Positions 40,364 through 49,528 of a stretch of DNA of 64,000 nt are shown here, in pieces (positions within the stretch are counted from its first letter, which is position 1; each line of letters starts with the position of its first letter). A program made the translations under genes and the position numbers. Source of the stretch: Candidatus Saccharimonadota bacterium (GTDB lineage: Bacteria > Patescibacteriota > Saccharimonadia > Saccharimonadales > Saccharimonadaceae). Below the pieces are notes generated by a model, which did no database searches, was not told the origin of the DNA, and saw only the letters and a program-made list of their open reading frames with translations. The stretch covers positions 67,783 to 131,782 of the forward strand of contig CAWVBZ010000001.1 in the NCBI GenBank assembly GCA_963927785.1. Reading direction: 5' to 3'.

Positions 40364-40771
40364 GTGCTTATGGATAAAGAAATCTATCGTCATCGTGATT
40401 ATGTTCGTGGCGAATTGAACCGAATTAAGCGCATTGGTAATCACTCTGCCCGACTAGAGGCTTATCGGGCATTGGCTAGGTATCATAAGCAGGAAACATG
40501 GAACTTTCAGCACGAGCGTCAAATTCATCTATACGTGACGATAATCTTTGGTATTTTAATGTTCGCCGGTTGGGGCATTCTGTTTGCTTGGATACTTGCT
40601 ACCAATGCCTGCTTTGACATAGTGACAGGACTATTGCTGGTACTGGTGGCAATCCTAACTATTCTAGAAGCTTGCTATATTGGGTACTACTATCGGATGG
40701 AAAACCGCACACAGACGCTCTATCCTCTGGACAAGGAAATTTATCTAGCTATTCAGGCTATGCTAAAATGA
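40364..40771 (+). CDS. Hypothetical membrane protein (2 TM)
   Basis: 135-aa ORF with hydrophobic hairpin. Confidence 0.65.
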   Translation: MLMDKEIYRHRDYVRGELNRIKRIGNHSARLEAYRALARYHKQETWNFQHERQIHLYVTIIFGILMFAGWGILFAWILATNACFDIVTGLLLVLVAILTILEACYIGYYYRMENRTQTLYPLDKEIYLAIQAMLK

Positions 40772-40778
40772 GTTCAAT

Positions 40779-41525
40779 ATGAATGTTCAGCTCGCTAGTG
40801 GTGAGGTCAAGACGCTTTCGGGTAAAGTTCGTCAACGTTTGATTCGTCCAATCGAGACTGTATATGAAAGTGATTGGCATACCTGGAAGTTCTGGCGCAA
40901 CGCCTTTTTAATCTATTGGATATTTTCCTTTATAGGTCACATCTTAGAGCTGATTTGGGTGAATTTGCCGCTGCTAGTCGGCAAGCCGCCTACGAATGTA
41001 TTGCCGCTATTGGTGGTGGCGGCGCCGTACGGCTTTGGTGCGCTAATGCTGATCTGGGTGGTTCACCCGCTAATAAAAAGCAACAAGGCTAGCGCCCTGA
41101 CGGTCTTTATCCTTAGCTGCTTCCTAGGCGGTATCGTGGAATTTATCTGTGCGGCGGCGATTGTGGCGGTATCGCCGACTCATACTAATGTCTTTTGGGA
41201 TTATAGCGATCAACCATTTAATCTGTTCGGTTTTGTTTGTTTGCGTAACTGTTTAGCCTTTGGTGCGGCGTCACTACCGGGTATCTATTGGCTAATTCCT
41301 ATGGTTAATAATGGAATCCGCTGGGCTGATGAGCATTTGCACAAGCTGCTGAATGCTGGCACGGTTGCTTTGTTTACTGTTTATATGATCATTCAGATTA
41401 TGTTTGTAACTGGTAATCCACCAGCCAAAGTCTTTAACCTGCCTCGCCCCTATTTTGACATTGGCGGGGTCTGCGAGGAAGGCGGTCCTTGCCCTCCACC
41501 AAAGGACAAACTGACTACGCTTTAG
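40779..41525 (+). CDS. Putative ABC transporter permease (CmpB/TMEM229-like family)
   Basis: FSFIGHILE, YGFGAL, FWDYSDQPFNLFGFVCLR. Confidence 0.8.
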   Translation: MNVQLASGEVKTLSGKVRQRLIRPIETVYESDWHTWKFWRNAFLIYWIFSFIGHILELIWVNLPLLVGKPPTNVLPLLVVAAPYGFGALMLIWVVHPLIKSNKASALTVFILSCFLGGIVEFICAAAIVAVSPTHTNVFWDYSDQPFNLFGFVCLRNCLAFGAASLPGIYWLIPMVNNGIRWADEHLHKLLNAGTVALFTVYMIIQIMFVTGNPPAKVFNLPRPYFDIGGVCEEGGPCPPPKDKLTTL

Positions 41526-41630
41526 TTATAGCCATTCGGGTGGTAAAATATCCGTCAGGGTAGATACGTGCTATTGGTATATTAATAGTATGGTTCGCTG
41601 GTCAGTAGTGACCAGCCTTTTTTAAAGGAG

Positions 41631-42203
41631 ATGATGAGTGTGTCTCGTTTAGTGGATCGTGACATTAGAGCACGATGTGGCTCGAACCCCGAGACCTCGT
41701 TGATCTATCCGTTCGACAAGGACTCGTTGCAGCCGTGTTCGTATGACCTGCATCTGGCTAGCGACTATATGACCGAGCTGCCCGTCGACAAGCCTGTCGG
41801 CCTGGGTGAGAAGCCCTGGGAGAGGCATACAGCCGAGGATGTGATCAAGCTGAAGCCTGGACAGTTTATCCTGGGTAGCACTATCGAGCGAGTCTCGATT
41901 GGGCTGTATCTGGGCGCCAATGTGAGCGGTCGTAGCTCGTGGGGCCGCATGGGCATTATTGTTCATGCTACTGCGGGCTTTGTCGACCCTGGCTTCAGTG
42001 GTCAGATTACGCTGGAGATTAAAAACATCAGCGATATTACCACCGTTGTTCTGCCGGTCGGCACCGCCATCGCCCAGATTTCCTTTGACCAGCTGACTCG
42101 CTCGCCTGAAAGCCGCTACGGCGATGCTGCACTGGGCAGCTTGTATCAGGGTCAGAAGGGCGCGACGCCGGCAGCTCCGCCAATTGTTTCTGTGCGCACT
42201 TAG
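41631..42203 (+). CDS. dcd: dCTP deaminase
   Basis: LQPCSYDLHL, GRSSWGRMGI, AGFVDPGFSGQITLEI, IAQISF; true start may be GTG 41640. Confidence 0.92.
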   Translation: MMSVSRLVDRDIRARCGSNPETSLIYPFDKDSLQPCSYDLHLASDYMTELPVDKPVGLGEKPWERHTAEDVIKLKPGQFILGSTIERVSIGLYLGANVSGRSSWGRMGIIVHATAGFVDPGFSGQITLEIKNISDITTVVLPVGTAIAQISFDQLTRSPESRYGDAALGSLYQGQKGATPAAPPIVSVRT

Positions 42204-42293
42204 CACTATTCTACCCAGGGGTCGCCCTTCGCGGACGGCCCCTATCTTCTTCCCCTTATTACGCTTATCGTTATTGAACCTGAACATTACCGC

Positions 42294-42515
42294 GTGACAC
42301 AATCATGGCAAGCAAAGACTTACAGTGTAACAGTTGAGGAGCTTCCTGAGCTCACTCCTCCAACTACAACAACTGAGGAGAATAACGAAGAAACTGAAAT
42401 TGCGGCACCTAACACTGGTGCTAAGGTAGTAGGCTTATTTGCTGTCGTCATGGGCGCTGTTGTGGCTATTGCTACTGCCCTACGCGCAGCTGCTAATGCA
42501 ACTGGCCGTCGCTAA
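42294..42515 (+). pseudogene. C-terminal relic of an APNTG-anchored surface protein
   Basis: KTYSVTV strand, Thr/Glu linker, EIAAPNTG plus TM plus RR; no signal peptide or SD. Confidence 0.6.
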
Positions 42516-42695
42516 TTATTAAACTTTCTGTTGTAATTAACGCAAAAACCTCTACTAGATAATGGCTTGTCTACTTTATAGATAAGCCATTATTTTTTAT
42601 AACCGCGAACTATTAACAAATCAGTCTGCTCGTTGTACGATTAAACCAGTAGCGGATTGTGCGCTTACGGTAAACAAAGAAAGGAAGGGTTTGTA

Positions 42696-43607
42696 ATGAA
42701 AAAACTTGCTACTGCTGTCGCAGGTTTTGCCGCTTTGGCATTCATCGCTGCTCCCGCTATGCCAGCCATGGCATACGAGCCGGCAGAAGTTAAGGATGGC
42801 GCTATCACCGTCAGTACAGCTGAAAATCTAAAACAGGCTCTTGACGATGCAACTGTCAAGACCATTACTCTGGGTGCTGATATCCAATTGGATAGTTCAG
42901 CCGTCATCGATATGGATGGCGTTACCCTAGATGGTGCCGGCCACACTATCTCTGTACCGGAAGGAAAAGATCCGGTTTCTGTAGATGGTGATAATTACGC
43001 TATCAAGATTTACGCTAGCGGTGTAACTGTTAAGAATGTTAAGACTGGCGGTACTGCTGTAGCTGGCATTCAGGTTGATGAAACAGGTAAAGGTGCAGTT
43101 CTAGAGGGCAATATTGATCTTGATGGCGCTCACAAATGGGGTGGTATTGAGCTACAGGCCCCAGCTGACATGACCAAGGCAAACATTACCTTTAAGGGTG
43201 AGAATGCAACTACTCCAGCTATCTGGTCAGACGATGCTGATATGACGACTAAGTCTAACTCAGTTAAGGCTGCCGTTAAGGCTCAAAAAGATGACAAGAA
43301 GGCTGATCAACTATTCCTATATGTAGACGCTAAGAATGCACCTACTGCCGACACCGAAGGATTTGTGTCTGTTAAGGCTCTAAACGTTGATAACTATCGT
43401 GTTACTCCTATTGCTGACGAACAGCAGCCAACTCCAGAAACTCCGGACGTAACTGAGCCTGTCGACGAAGGCAAGGATACTGAGGCTGATGTAGCTGCTC
43501 CAAATACAGGTGCAACCATTGCTAACGCTAGTTTAGTGGTATTGGGCATTGCTGTGGCTGTTCTGACTGCTGTCTACGCTGCTCGTTTTGCTAACGCCCG
43601 TAAGTAG
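42696..43607 (+). CDS. Secreted surface protein, beta-helix-like, with APNTG sorting signal
   Basis: Signal peptide MKKLATAVAGFAALAFIAAPAMPAMA; TITLGADI/VTLDGAGHTI units; DVAAPNTG plus TM plus RFANARK. Confidence 0.8.
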   Translation: MKKLATAVAGFAALAFIAAPAMPAMAYEPAEVKDGAITVSTAENLKQALDDATVKTITLGADIQLDSSAVIDMDGVTLDGAGHTISVPEGKDPVSVDGDNYAIKIYASGVTVKNVKTGGTAVAGIQVDETGKGAVLEGNIDLDGAHKWGGIELQAPADMTKANITFKGENATTPAIWSDDADMTTKSNSVKAAVKAQKDDKKADQLFLYVDAKNAPTADTEGFVSVKALNVDNYRVTPIADEQQPTPETPDVTEPVDEGKDTEADVAAPNTGATIANASLVVLGIAVAVLTAVYAARFANARK

Positions 43608-43701
43608 CAAAGTACTAAATAATTTAAACAATCCGCAATACTAAAACGCACCCACTGAGGGTGCGTTTTTGGTTGCTTTCTCTACTTCACTCGTATGGCA
43701 A

Positions 43702-44625
43702 CTAGTCCAACTTTTTATGATGGATAAAATCTTCAATATTTCTGGATAGAATAGCCTGCTTATCTTCGTTGCTGATGTCTAGCTGGTTAATAGCGTCTAA
43801 GATGACGTCGGTTGCTCCAGCTGGTGCAGTGCCCAATGGTGCATCAGTACCGAATATAACATGCTTGAGTCCAAAGAAATCGATAGCTAGATGTAGCGCC
43901 TCTGGATTGCCTAAAATGGCGGTATCGGCATAGAACTTCTTGAACTGCTTTAGTTTCTCCTCACCCAGGATATATTTAATGCGTCCAGCAAAGAACGGCG
44001 CCATTGCCCCGGCGTGATGGACTAAAATCTTCAAATTGGGAAACTTGTCATATACCCCACCCAGCACTATATCCTGCATGGCTTGAGATAATTCATACTC
44101 CCAACTAAAGACTAAGTTGTTGTCTGGCTTGCGGTTGTCAAAAACGGGGTGCAGCCAAATAATCAGACGGTGGTTGTTGATGGCATTTAGAACTGGACGA
44201 TATTGCTCGTCAGCAATACTGCGTCCCAACATGCGTGTGAACAACTGAATGCCCAACAAGTGTTCGTTTTTGGCGACTTGCTCGTTAATTATTTTGACTG
44301 CCTCACTAATATTATTCATCGGCACGGCTGCGACTGCACCGTAGAACAAATCCGGATTATCCTCAACTGTTTTGGTCAACTCATCGTTGACATCACGGCA
44401 CATGCGTGCGGCATAATATGGGTCAACATAGTCCTCGGGGTTGGCGTTGGCTAGTGAGATAATCTGCTTGACTCCCTTGGTCATATGCTTGCGACGCTCA
44501 TTGACGTCCAGCATGACCTGGTTCTTAATGAAGGGCATCTTGTCTGGTAAATCTGGATCAATGTCCAGCATCTCGCCATAAAATTTTGGCGGTAGAATAT
44601 GGGCAAACGCGTCAATTTTATCCAT
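43702..44625 (-). CDS. Amidohydrolase-2 family protein
   Basis: IDAFAHI, IWLHP, LVHHAGAM, VIFGTDAP. Confidence 0.9.
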   Translation of the reverse strand: MDKIDAFAHILPPKFYGEMLDIDPDLPDKMPFIKNQVMLDVNERRKHMTKGVKQIISLANANPEDYVDPYYAARMCRDVNDELTKTVEDNPDLFYGAVAAVPMNNISEAVKIINEQVAKNEHLLGIQLFTRMLGRSIADEQYRPVLNAINNHRLIIWLHPVFDNRKPDNNLVFSWEYELSQAMQDIVLGGVYDKFPNLKILVHHAGAMAPFFAGRIKYILGEEKLKQFKKFYADTAILGNPEALHLAIDFFGLKHVIFGTDAPLGTAPAGATDVILDAINQLDISNEDKQAILSRNIEDFIHHKKLD

Positions 44626-44627
44626 TT

Positions 44628-44927
44628 TTACTCCTTTGGTCGTTCCACAAACTGCTCGACGTGCATATGCAGGTTATACTTATCCCTTAGCTTGGCAATC
44701 TCCTCCATCATGGGTGATTTGTGATGTGCATCTAGAGCCGCCTGATTGTCCCAGCGGTCAATTAGTAATACTGTTTCTGGGTCATCCATGGGAAAGAAGT
44801 ATTCATACTTTAAGTTCCCCTCCTCGGCTCGTACGCGATCGACTATGCCACTGCTGACCATTTCATTGGCAAAATCCTTAGCATTGCCATTCTGGCCAGT
44901 GTGGTAAATATTAACTGTAAAGCTCAT
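44628..44927 (-). CDS. Putative quinol/antibiotic biosynthesis monooxygenase (ABM)
   Basis: VRAEEGNLKYEY...LLIDRWDNQAALDAHHKSPMM. Confidence 0.88.
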   Translation of the reverse strand: MSFTVNIYHTGQNGNAKDFANEMVSSGIVDRVRAEEGNLKYEYFFPMDDPETVLLIDRWDNQAALDAHHKSPMMEEIAKLRDKYNLHMHVEQFVERPKE

Positions 44928-45034
44928 TAATTACCTCCATTTATCTGACATCATTATATAACCTCGAGCTACTATAAGTGCAAACCAGTGGCTATAACCT
45001 TGTTTGCTATAATTTGGGATAGATATAGGAGGTA

Positions 45035-45661
45035 GTGATGCTAACAGTCAATTGTCAAAGCAGTATTAAAATCACGGGTAGCCAGACGGTCTATTGTGAC
45101 CCGTTAAAGATTGATGAAGCGCATGATGCCGATGTGATTTTTATTACCCATTCTCACTGGGATCACTTCTCGCCAGAGGATATTACTAAGGTTAAGAAGC
45201 CAGATACGATTATTGTTGTTCCGGCAGATTTAACGGCTAAGGTTATGGAGCTTGGCTTTACTGACGACCAAGTCATTACCGTAGTGCCTAATCAAGAGTT
45301 GATTGTGCGTGGTTTGAATGTAAAGACTGTGCCGGCCTATAACATCGATAAGGATTTTCACCCCAAAGCCAATAACTGGGTTGGCTATGTCGTTAATATT
45401 GACGGTACAATCTATTACGCTATGGGTGATACCGATGCCTTGTCCGAGAACGAGTCAATTGTTTGCGATGTTCTGCTAATCCCTATTGGTGGCACTTATA
45501 CCATGAACGCCGACGAAGCAGCCGTATTTACCAATAAACTAAAGCCAAAGGTTGTAGTGCCGATTCACTATGGCATGGTAGTGGGCAACCAAGCTGATTG
45601 TGATAAATTTGTCAGTTTAGTGGATGGCTCAATTGCAGTTGAACAGAAGATTAAGCTTTAG
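45035..45661 (+). CDS. MBL-fold metallohydrolase
   Basis: ITHSHWDH, FHPK, YAMGDT, PIGGTYTM, VPIHY. Confidence 0.9.
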   Translation: MMLTVNCQSSIKITGSQTVYCDPLKIDEAHDADVIFITHSHWDHFSPEDITKVKKPDTIIVVPADLTAKVMELGFTDDQVITVVPNQELIVRGLNVKTVPAYNIDKDFHPKANNWVGYVVNIDGTIYYAMGDTDALSENESIVCDVLLIPIGGTYTMNADEAAVFTNKLKPKVVVPIHYGMVVGNQADCDKFVSLVDGSIAVEQKIKL

Positions 45662-45664
45662 CTA

Positions 45665-46232
45665 TTGACAATCTGTGATTAATGGTGTATTGTTCAAATA
45701 CTGCTTTGAGAGAGCGAGAGATCTTTACCAACCAACCAAAAATTTGAACTAAGGAGTTGCACGATGTAGCGGTTAACTACACAACCACAGTTTCTAAATT
45801 AAGTATGACCCATGAAGCGCATTCAGTCAGTAAGGAGGCTGTGCAATGTAGCGACTAACCATTAGCACATCGATTAATTAACTTGTTTTTCATCTCCACG
45901 CGTCGCGTGGTTTTCATAATTCAGTCGACAACAACAGACCCTGTACCCTACGTCTTAGGAGGCTGCCTATGAGCAAGAACAAGTCACCCTAGTGTTGCGA
46001 GTCCATCGCCAACTTCTTTTTCAACGCCGGCTGACGCTTCGCGGCCGTGGTCGCCCGTGTGGTGGCCGTTAAGCGAGGCAACCTGCCAAACTTCGATTGA
46101 GTGATACCATAAAGGACATTCTCTCTAAGGAGGTGTTAAGATGATTCGGGCTTCCCCGTAGCATCGCTCTCTCTTCTCTCTCAGCAGTTATATATACATG
46201 GGGTGGCACCCCTCGGGATGCCACCCTTTTTC
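45665..46232 (+). other. Transcription unit containing four SD-led, TAG-terminated micro-ORFs (function unknown)
   Basis: TTGACA-N17-TATTGT promoter; ATGTAG at 45764 and 45846; MSKNKSP* at 45969; MIRASP* at 46141; terminator GGGTGGCA/TGCCACCC-T6. Confidence 0.6.
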
Positions 46233-46281
46233 ATGTCCTGATAAACTCAATTGTTCTTATTGATGCTATAATTTTGGATAA

Positions 46282-46626
46282 ATGGACGAGAAACCAAAAC
46301 CTATTCTAACGGATACGCAGGTTAAGCAGTATCTATCTGATTTGCCAAAATCGGCAATACTAACTTTCGTCTCGTTTATTGTGATGATCGTATTTCCACC
46401 ACTTGGCATTGTGTTAATGGCGCGTTGGAGTAAGTTCGCCAGATTAAAAGTTGTCTCGTATGTGCTGGTGGGATTCCTGGCGGTGTGGTTGTTATTTATT
46501 TGCCAGATGCTGCGGGAGGCGTATATAGGTTCTTCGCCAGCGCCTAGTGCCATGCCGGAGTTAATTACAGAAAATAAACCTATTGAGGTCGACAAATCGT
46601 TGACATCGTCCGAGGGTAATGCGTAA
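46282..46626 (+). CDS. Small membrane protein
   Basis: TM hairpin IVFPPLGIVLMARW. Confidence 0.65.
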   Translation: MDEKPKPILTDTQVKQYLSDLPKSAILTFVSFIVMIVFPPLGIVLMARWSKFARLKVVSYVLVGFLAVWLLFICQMLREAYIGSSPAPSAMPELITENKPIEVDKSLTSSEGNA

Positions 46627-47549
46627 TGGCTGATTTAAAAAATCCATTTGGCAGCTTTAGTGATTATCAATCAGGTCGCCAAACTGTCGTGAAGCCAAAT
46701 GACTTCATTGATGACGCCGGCAACGAGCTGGTCTCGCGAATTAATACGGCATTTAATGGCAGTACGGCCGAGCTTCGCGACCCTGTAAAATATCGGCAGA
46801 CCAGCATTATGGCAATCATCATGTTGGTAATCTTCTGGCCGGCTGGCTTATGTCTTATCCTGCGTCGACGGCGCCAATGGTTGGTTAGTAATAAATTGGC
46901 ACTAGCTATTATGTCATGGGTTTTGTTTTCGACCTTTATGATTTTCTTTATTCTGCCGACGTTTGTCTATGAGACTAATAACGACGATGAGCAGCATGTG
47001 GTTGACCAGCAAGCTGATAAGTTGCGCCAAGAGCACGATTACCTGATTAATGTTGACCAACCTCTAACTGACGAGCATCTAACAGTTGACTGTAATTTAC
47101 AAGTTATCGAGAGGAATAGTGATTACGAAAATTATGACGGTGAATATGATGAGTTGCAATGCGCTCCAGCTATTATCACTGGTATATATGCCCCGACCGA
47201 CCGAACATATTTGACCAGTGATTCTATATTTGGATCGACCAAACTGACTGATGACGAGGACGGCAAATTCACGTTAAGAGTAACTCCCGATATGACAATT
47301 CATAACTATGACTGGGGCAAGTCGTCATTGAATTACGACGACATTGAGTTAGCCTATGGTTCAGATAATAGTATTGATGCCGATCTGCTACTACATGACC
47401 TCGATTTGCCAGGGGCGATAGTGGGCCGTAGATTGACCATCGAGTTTAAACTAACTGACGCCGATAAACAGCTGCTCGAGCAATATCACCAGCGGTATTT
47501 ACAGTACCAACAGTTACGTAGTGATAATGAAGCTCGGCAGTATAGCTAG
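46626..47549 (+). CDS. Membrane-anchored hypothetical protein
   Basis: TM hairpin VIFWPAGLCLILRRRRQW followed by an acidic extracellular domain. Confidence 0.7.
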   Translation: MADLKNPFGSFSDYQSGRQTVVKPNDFIDDAGNELVSRINTAFNGSTAELRDPVKYRQTSIMAIIMLVIFWPAGLCLILRRRRQWLVSNKLALAIMSWVLFSTFMIFFILPTFVYETNNDDEQHVVDQQADKLRQEHDYLINVDQPLTDEHLTVDCNLQVIERNSDYENYDGEYDELQCAPAIITGIYAPTDRTYLTSDSIFGSTKLTDDEDGKFTLRVTPDMTIHNYDWGKSSLNYDDIELAYGSDNSIDADLLLHDLDLPGAIVGRRLTIEFKLTDADKQLLEQYHQRYLQYQQLRSDNEARQYS

Positions 47550-47630
47550 ACCTCGTCTACTGAGCGAATCGCTAGTTGTTAATGAATCACCAGCTAATGC
47601 TAAGTTAGCTGATGGTATAATGACAATACT

Positions 47631-47948
47631 ATGAAATGCCCAGTATGTAAGGATGTGACATTATTAATGTCGGAACGACAAGGGGTCGAAATCGATTATT
47701 GCCCCGAATGCCGTGGTATCTGGCTGGACCGTGGCGAACTAGACAAACTAATTGCTGGCGAAGAAAAAGCCTATGCTGATCGCGAGCCGGCTAGATCTGA
47801 TAATCAACGCAACGAACGTGAGTATAATGACGAGAAGCGTCGCGACGACCATTACGACAAGCACGATAAATACGACAAGCATGCTCAGCCCAAAAAGCAC
47901 AAACGTGAGTCATTTCTTGGCGAAATCTTTGAAATGTTCGGCGATTAG
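47631..47948 (+). CDS. zf-TFIIB-type zinc-ribbon protein
   Basis: MKCPVC...GVEIDYCPECRGIWLDRGELDKLI...ESFLGEIF. Confidence 0.88.
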   Translation: MKCPVCKDVTLLMSERQGVEIDYCPECRGIWLDRGELDKLIAGEEKAYADREPARSDNQRNEREYNDEKRRDDHYDKHDKYDKHAQPKKHKRESFLGEIFEMFGD

Positions 47949-48034
47949 CTAACCAAATTCTAACACTAACTAGTTTATGCTTAGCCTTCCCTTTTTGGGG
48001 AGGGCTTTAGTGCTATAATTTGACTAGATAAATT

Positions 48035-48985
48035 ATGGTAAAACGTAAACAAAAAGCTAAGGCATTGACTAATTATTTGAAAGCAGATGGCTCTGTCTGG
48101 CTGATTGTATTGACACTTGCCCTGCTCCCTCCGCTGGGAATTTATTGGGTATATAGGTATCGTCGTCAGTGGCTAAAGCGTTGGATAGTTGTAGCGGCGA
48201 TTGCTGTTTGGTCACTAATTTGGCTGGCGGCGGTGTGCCAGTCAGCTGAGCAATCATCAACTCAGACGCAAACGACTGACAACCAATCCACCGTTGAGCA
48301 ACAGGCTGAGTTGAAGGACGAACAGTCGGCTGAACAAACTGACCAGGCTGAGCAATCTGACGACGCAGATGCTCAGCAACAACCTGCTCAGTCGCAAACC
48401 CAGCCCGAGCAAACCCCGCCATCGGCTGGTCCGATGGATGGCATCACCATTGCTCCAGCCGAGAACGTTCCCTATGATCGTGATGATTATGAACCAGATT
48501 GGGATGTCGGCGCCGGTTGCGACATTCGTTCGCGGGTGTTGTCCAGTTCGTCACAAGTTGCTGTTCAATATGGTGGCAATGGATGCACGGTTAAATATGG
48601 TTCCTGGGTTGACCCATACACTGGGCAAACTTTGACTGGCAATCCTTATCAGGGTGATGGCGCGGGCAATGATTTGGATATTGACCACATTATTCCATTG
48701 AAATATGTTAACGAGCACGGCGGAGCTCATTGGACTGAAGCGCAAAAACGTAGTTACGGCGCTAGTCTGGAGGCCATGAACAATGGTGTCTATATCGCAG
48801 TGTCGGCATCGGAGAATCGCGAGAAAAGCGATAGCGGCCCATCGGAATACTACCCGCCCAACCCAGGCTATCGTTGTGAGTATGCCAAAAAATGGCGCGA
48901 CATTGCCCGGCTATATCATATTTCGCTAACGCAGGCCGACTATAACGTGGTGGCTAGTACCTTGGCTAGTTGCGGAATTAATTAG
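48035..48985 (+). CDS. Membrane-anchored HNH (DUF1524-like) nuclease
   Basis: TM hairpin, Gln/Thr/Pro linker, LDIDHIIPL, ENREKSD, CEYAKKW. Confidence 0.8.
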   Translation: MVKRKQKAKALTNYLKADGSVWLIVLTLALLPPLGIYWVYRYRRQWLKRWIVVAAIAVWSLIWLAAVCQSAEQSSTQTQTTDNQSTVEQQAELKDEQSAEQTDQAEQSDDADAQQQPAQSQTQPEQTPPSAGPMDGITIAPAENVPYDRDDYEPDWDVGAGCDIRSRVLSSSSQVAVQYGGNGCTVKYGSWVDPYTGQTLTGNPYQGDGAGNDLDIDHIIPLKYVNEHGGAHWTEAQKRSYGASLEAMNNGVYIAVSASENREKSDSGPSEYYPPNPGYRCEYAKKWRDIARLYHISLTQADYNVVASTLASCGIN

Positions 48986-49323
48986 GCTAAGTCGTTTTCG
49001 TCAATCAATGGGATGACGTCGATGATCGGCTCTTCGTAGGGATGGGCGTTCCTGATAGCCGTTGTTACTGATTTGGCTTGGGCAATATCGCACGTCACGG
49101 CTAATATAATTTCTGCGGTTTGTTCTGTTTGTCCAGGTTGACCAATGTATGGATTGGTATTAACATTCGGTCTGAATGTGCCGGTGCCTGAAATAGCCGT
49201 CGAGCACTGATCGTAGTTGCCGATGGCTCCAGCACCAGCTGACCATGCCACTTCCCTAACCTTATCAAGATGATTGCTAGGCACGGCGGTAATGATTTTT
49301 ACTTTCTTAATATCAAATGTCAT
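48982..49323 (-). CDS. YqfO/NIF3 insert-like PII-fold protein
   Basis: AGAGAIGNYDQC...GTGTFRP...NPYIG...HPYEEPIIDVIPL. Confidence 0.8.
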   Translation of the reverse strand: MTFDIKKVKIITAVPSNHLDKVREVAWSAGAGAIGNYDQCSTAISGTGTFRPNVNTNPYIGQPGQTEQTAEIILAVTCDIAQAKSVTTAIRNAHPYEEPIIDVIPLIDENDLA

Positions 49324-49528
49324 AAGCTGAATATATTGCGATTAGGTTGACTAGGCGGGTGAACCGTGTTCATTAATGAAGTTGACTGCAAGGCGACTCC
49401 TATGAAAACGTTCAATACGACAATCAAATGTTCCCTGACACTTTAGTTAGTGCCTGCGCTTATATTGTACAATGCTAAAATCCCAATGTGGCAGTGTATA
49501 AATTAATCACATGGCTCATGTGTGAGGA

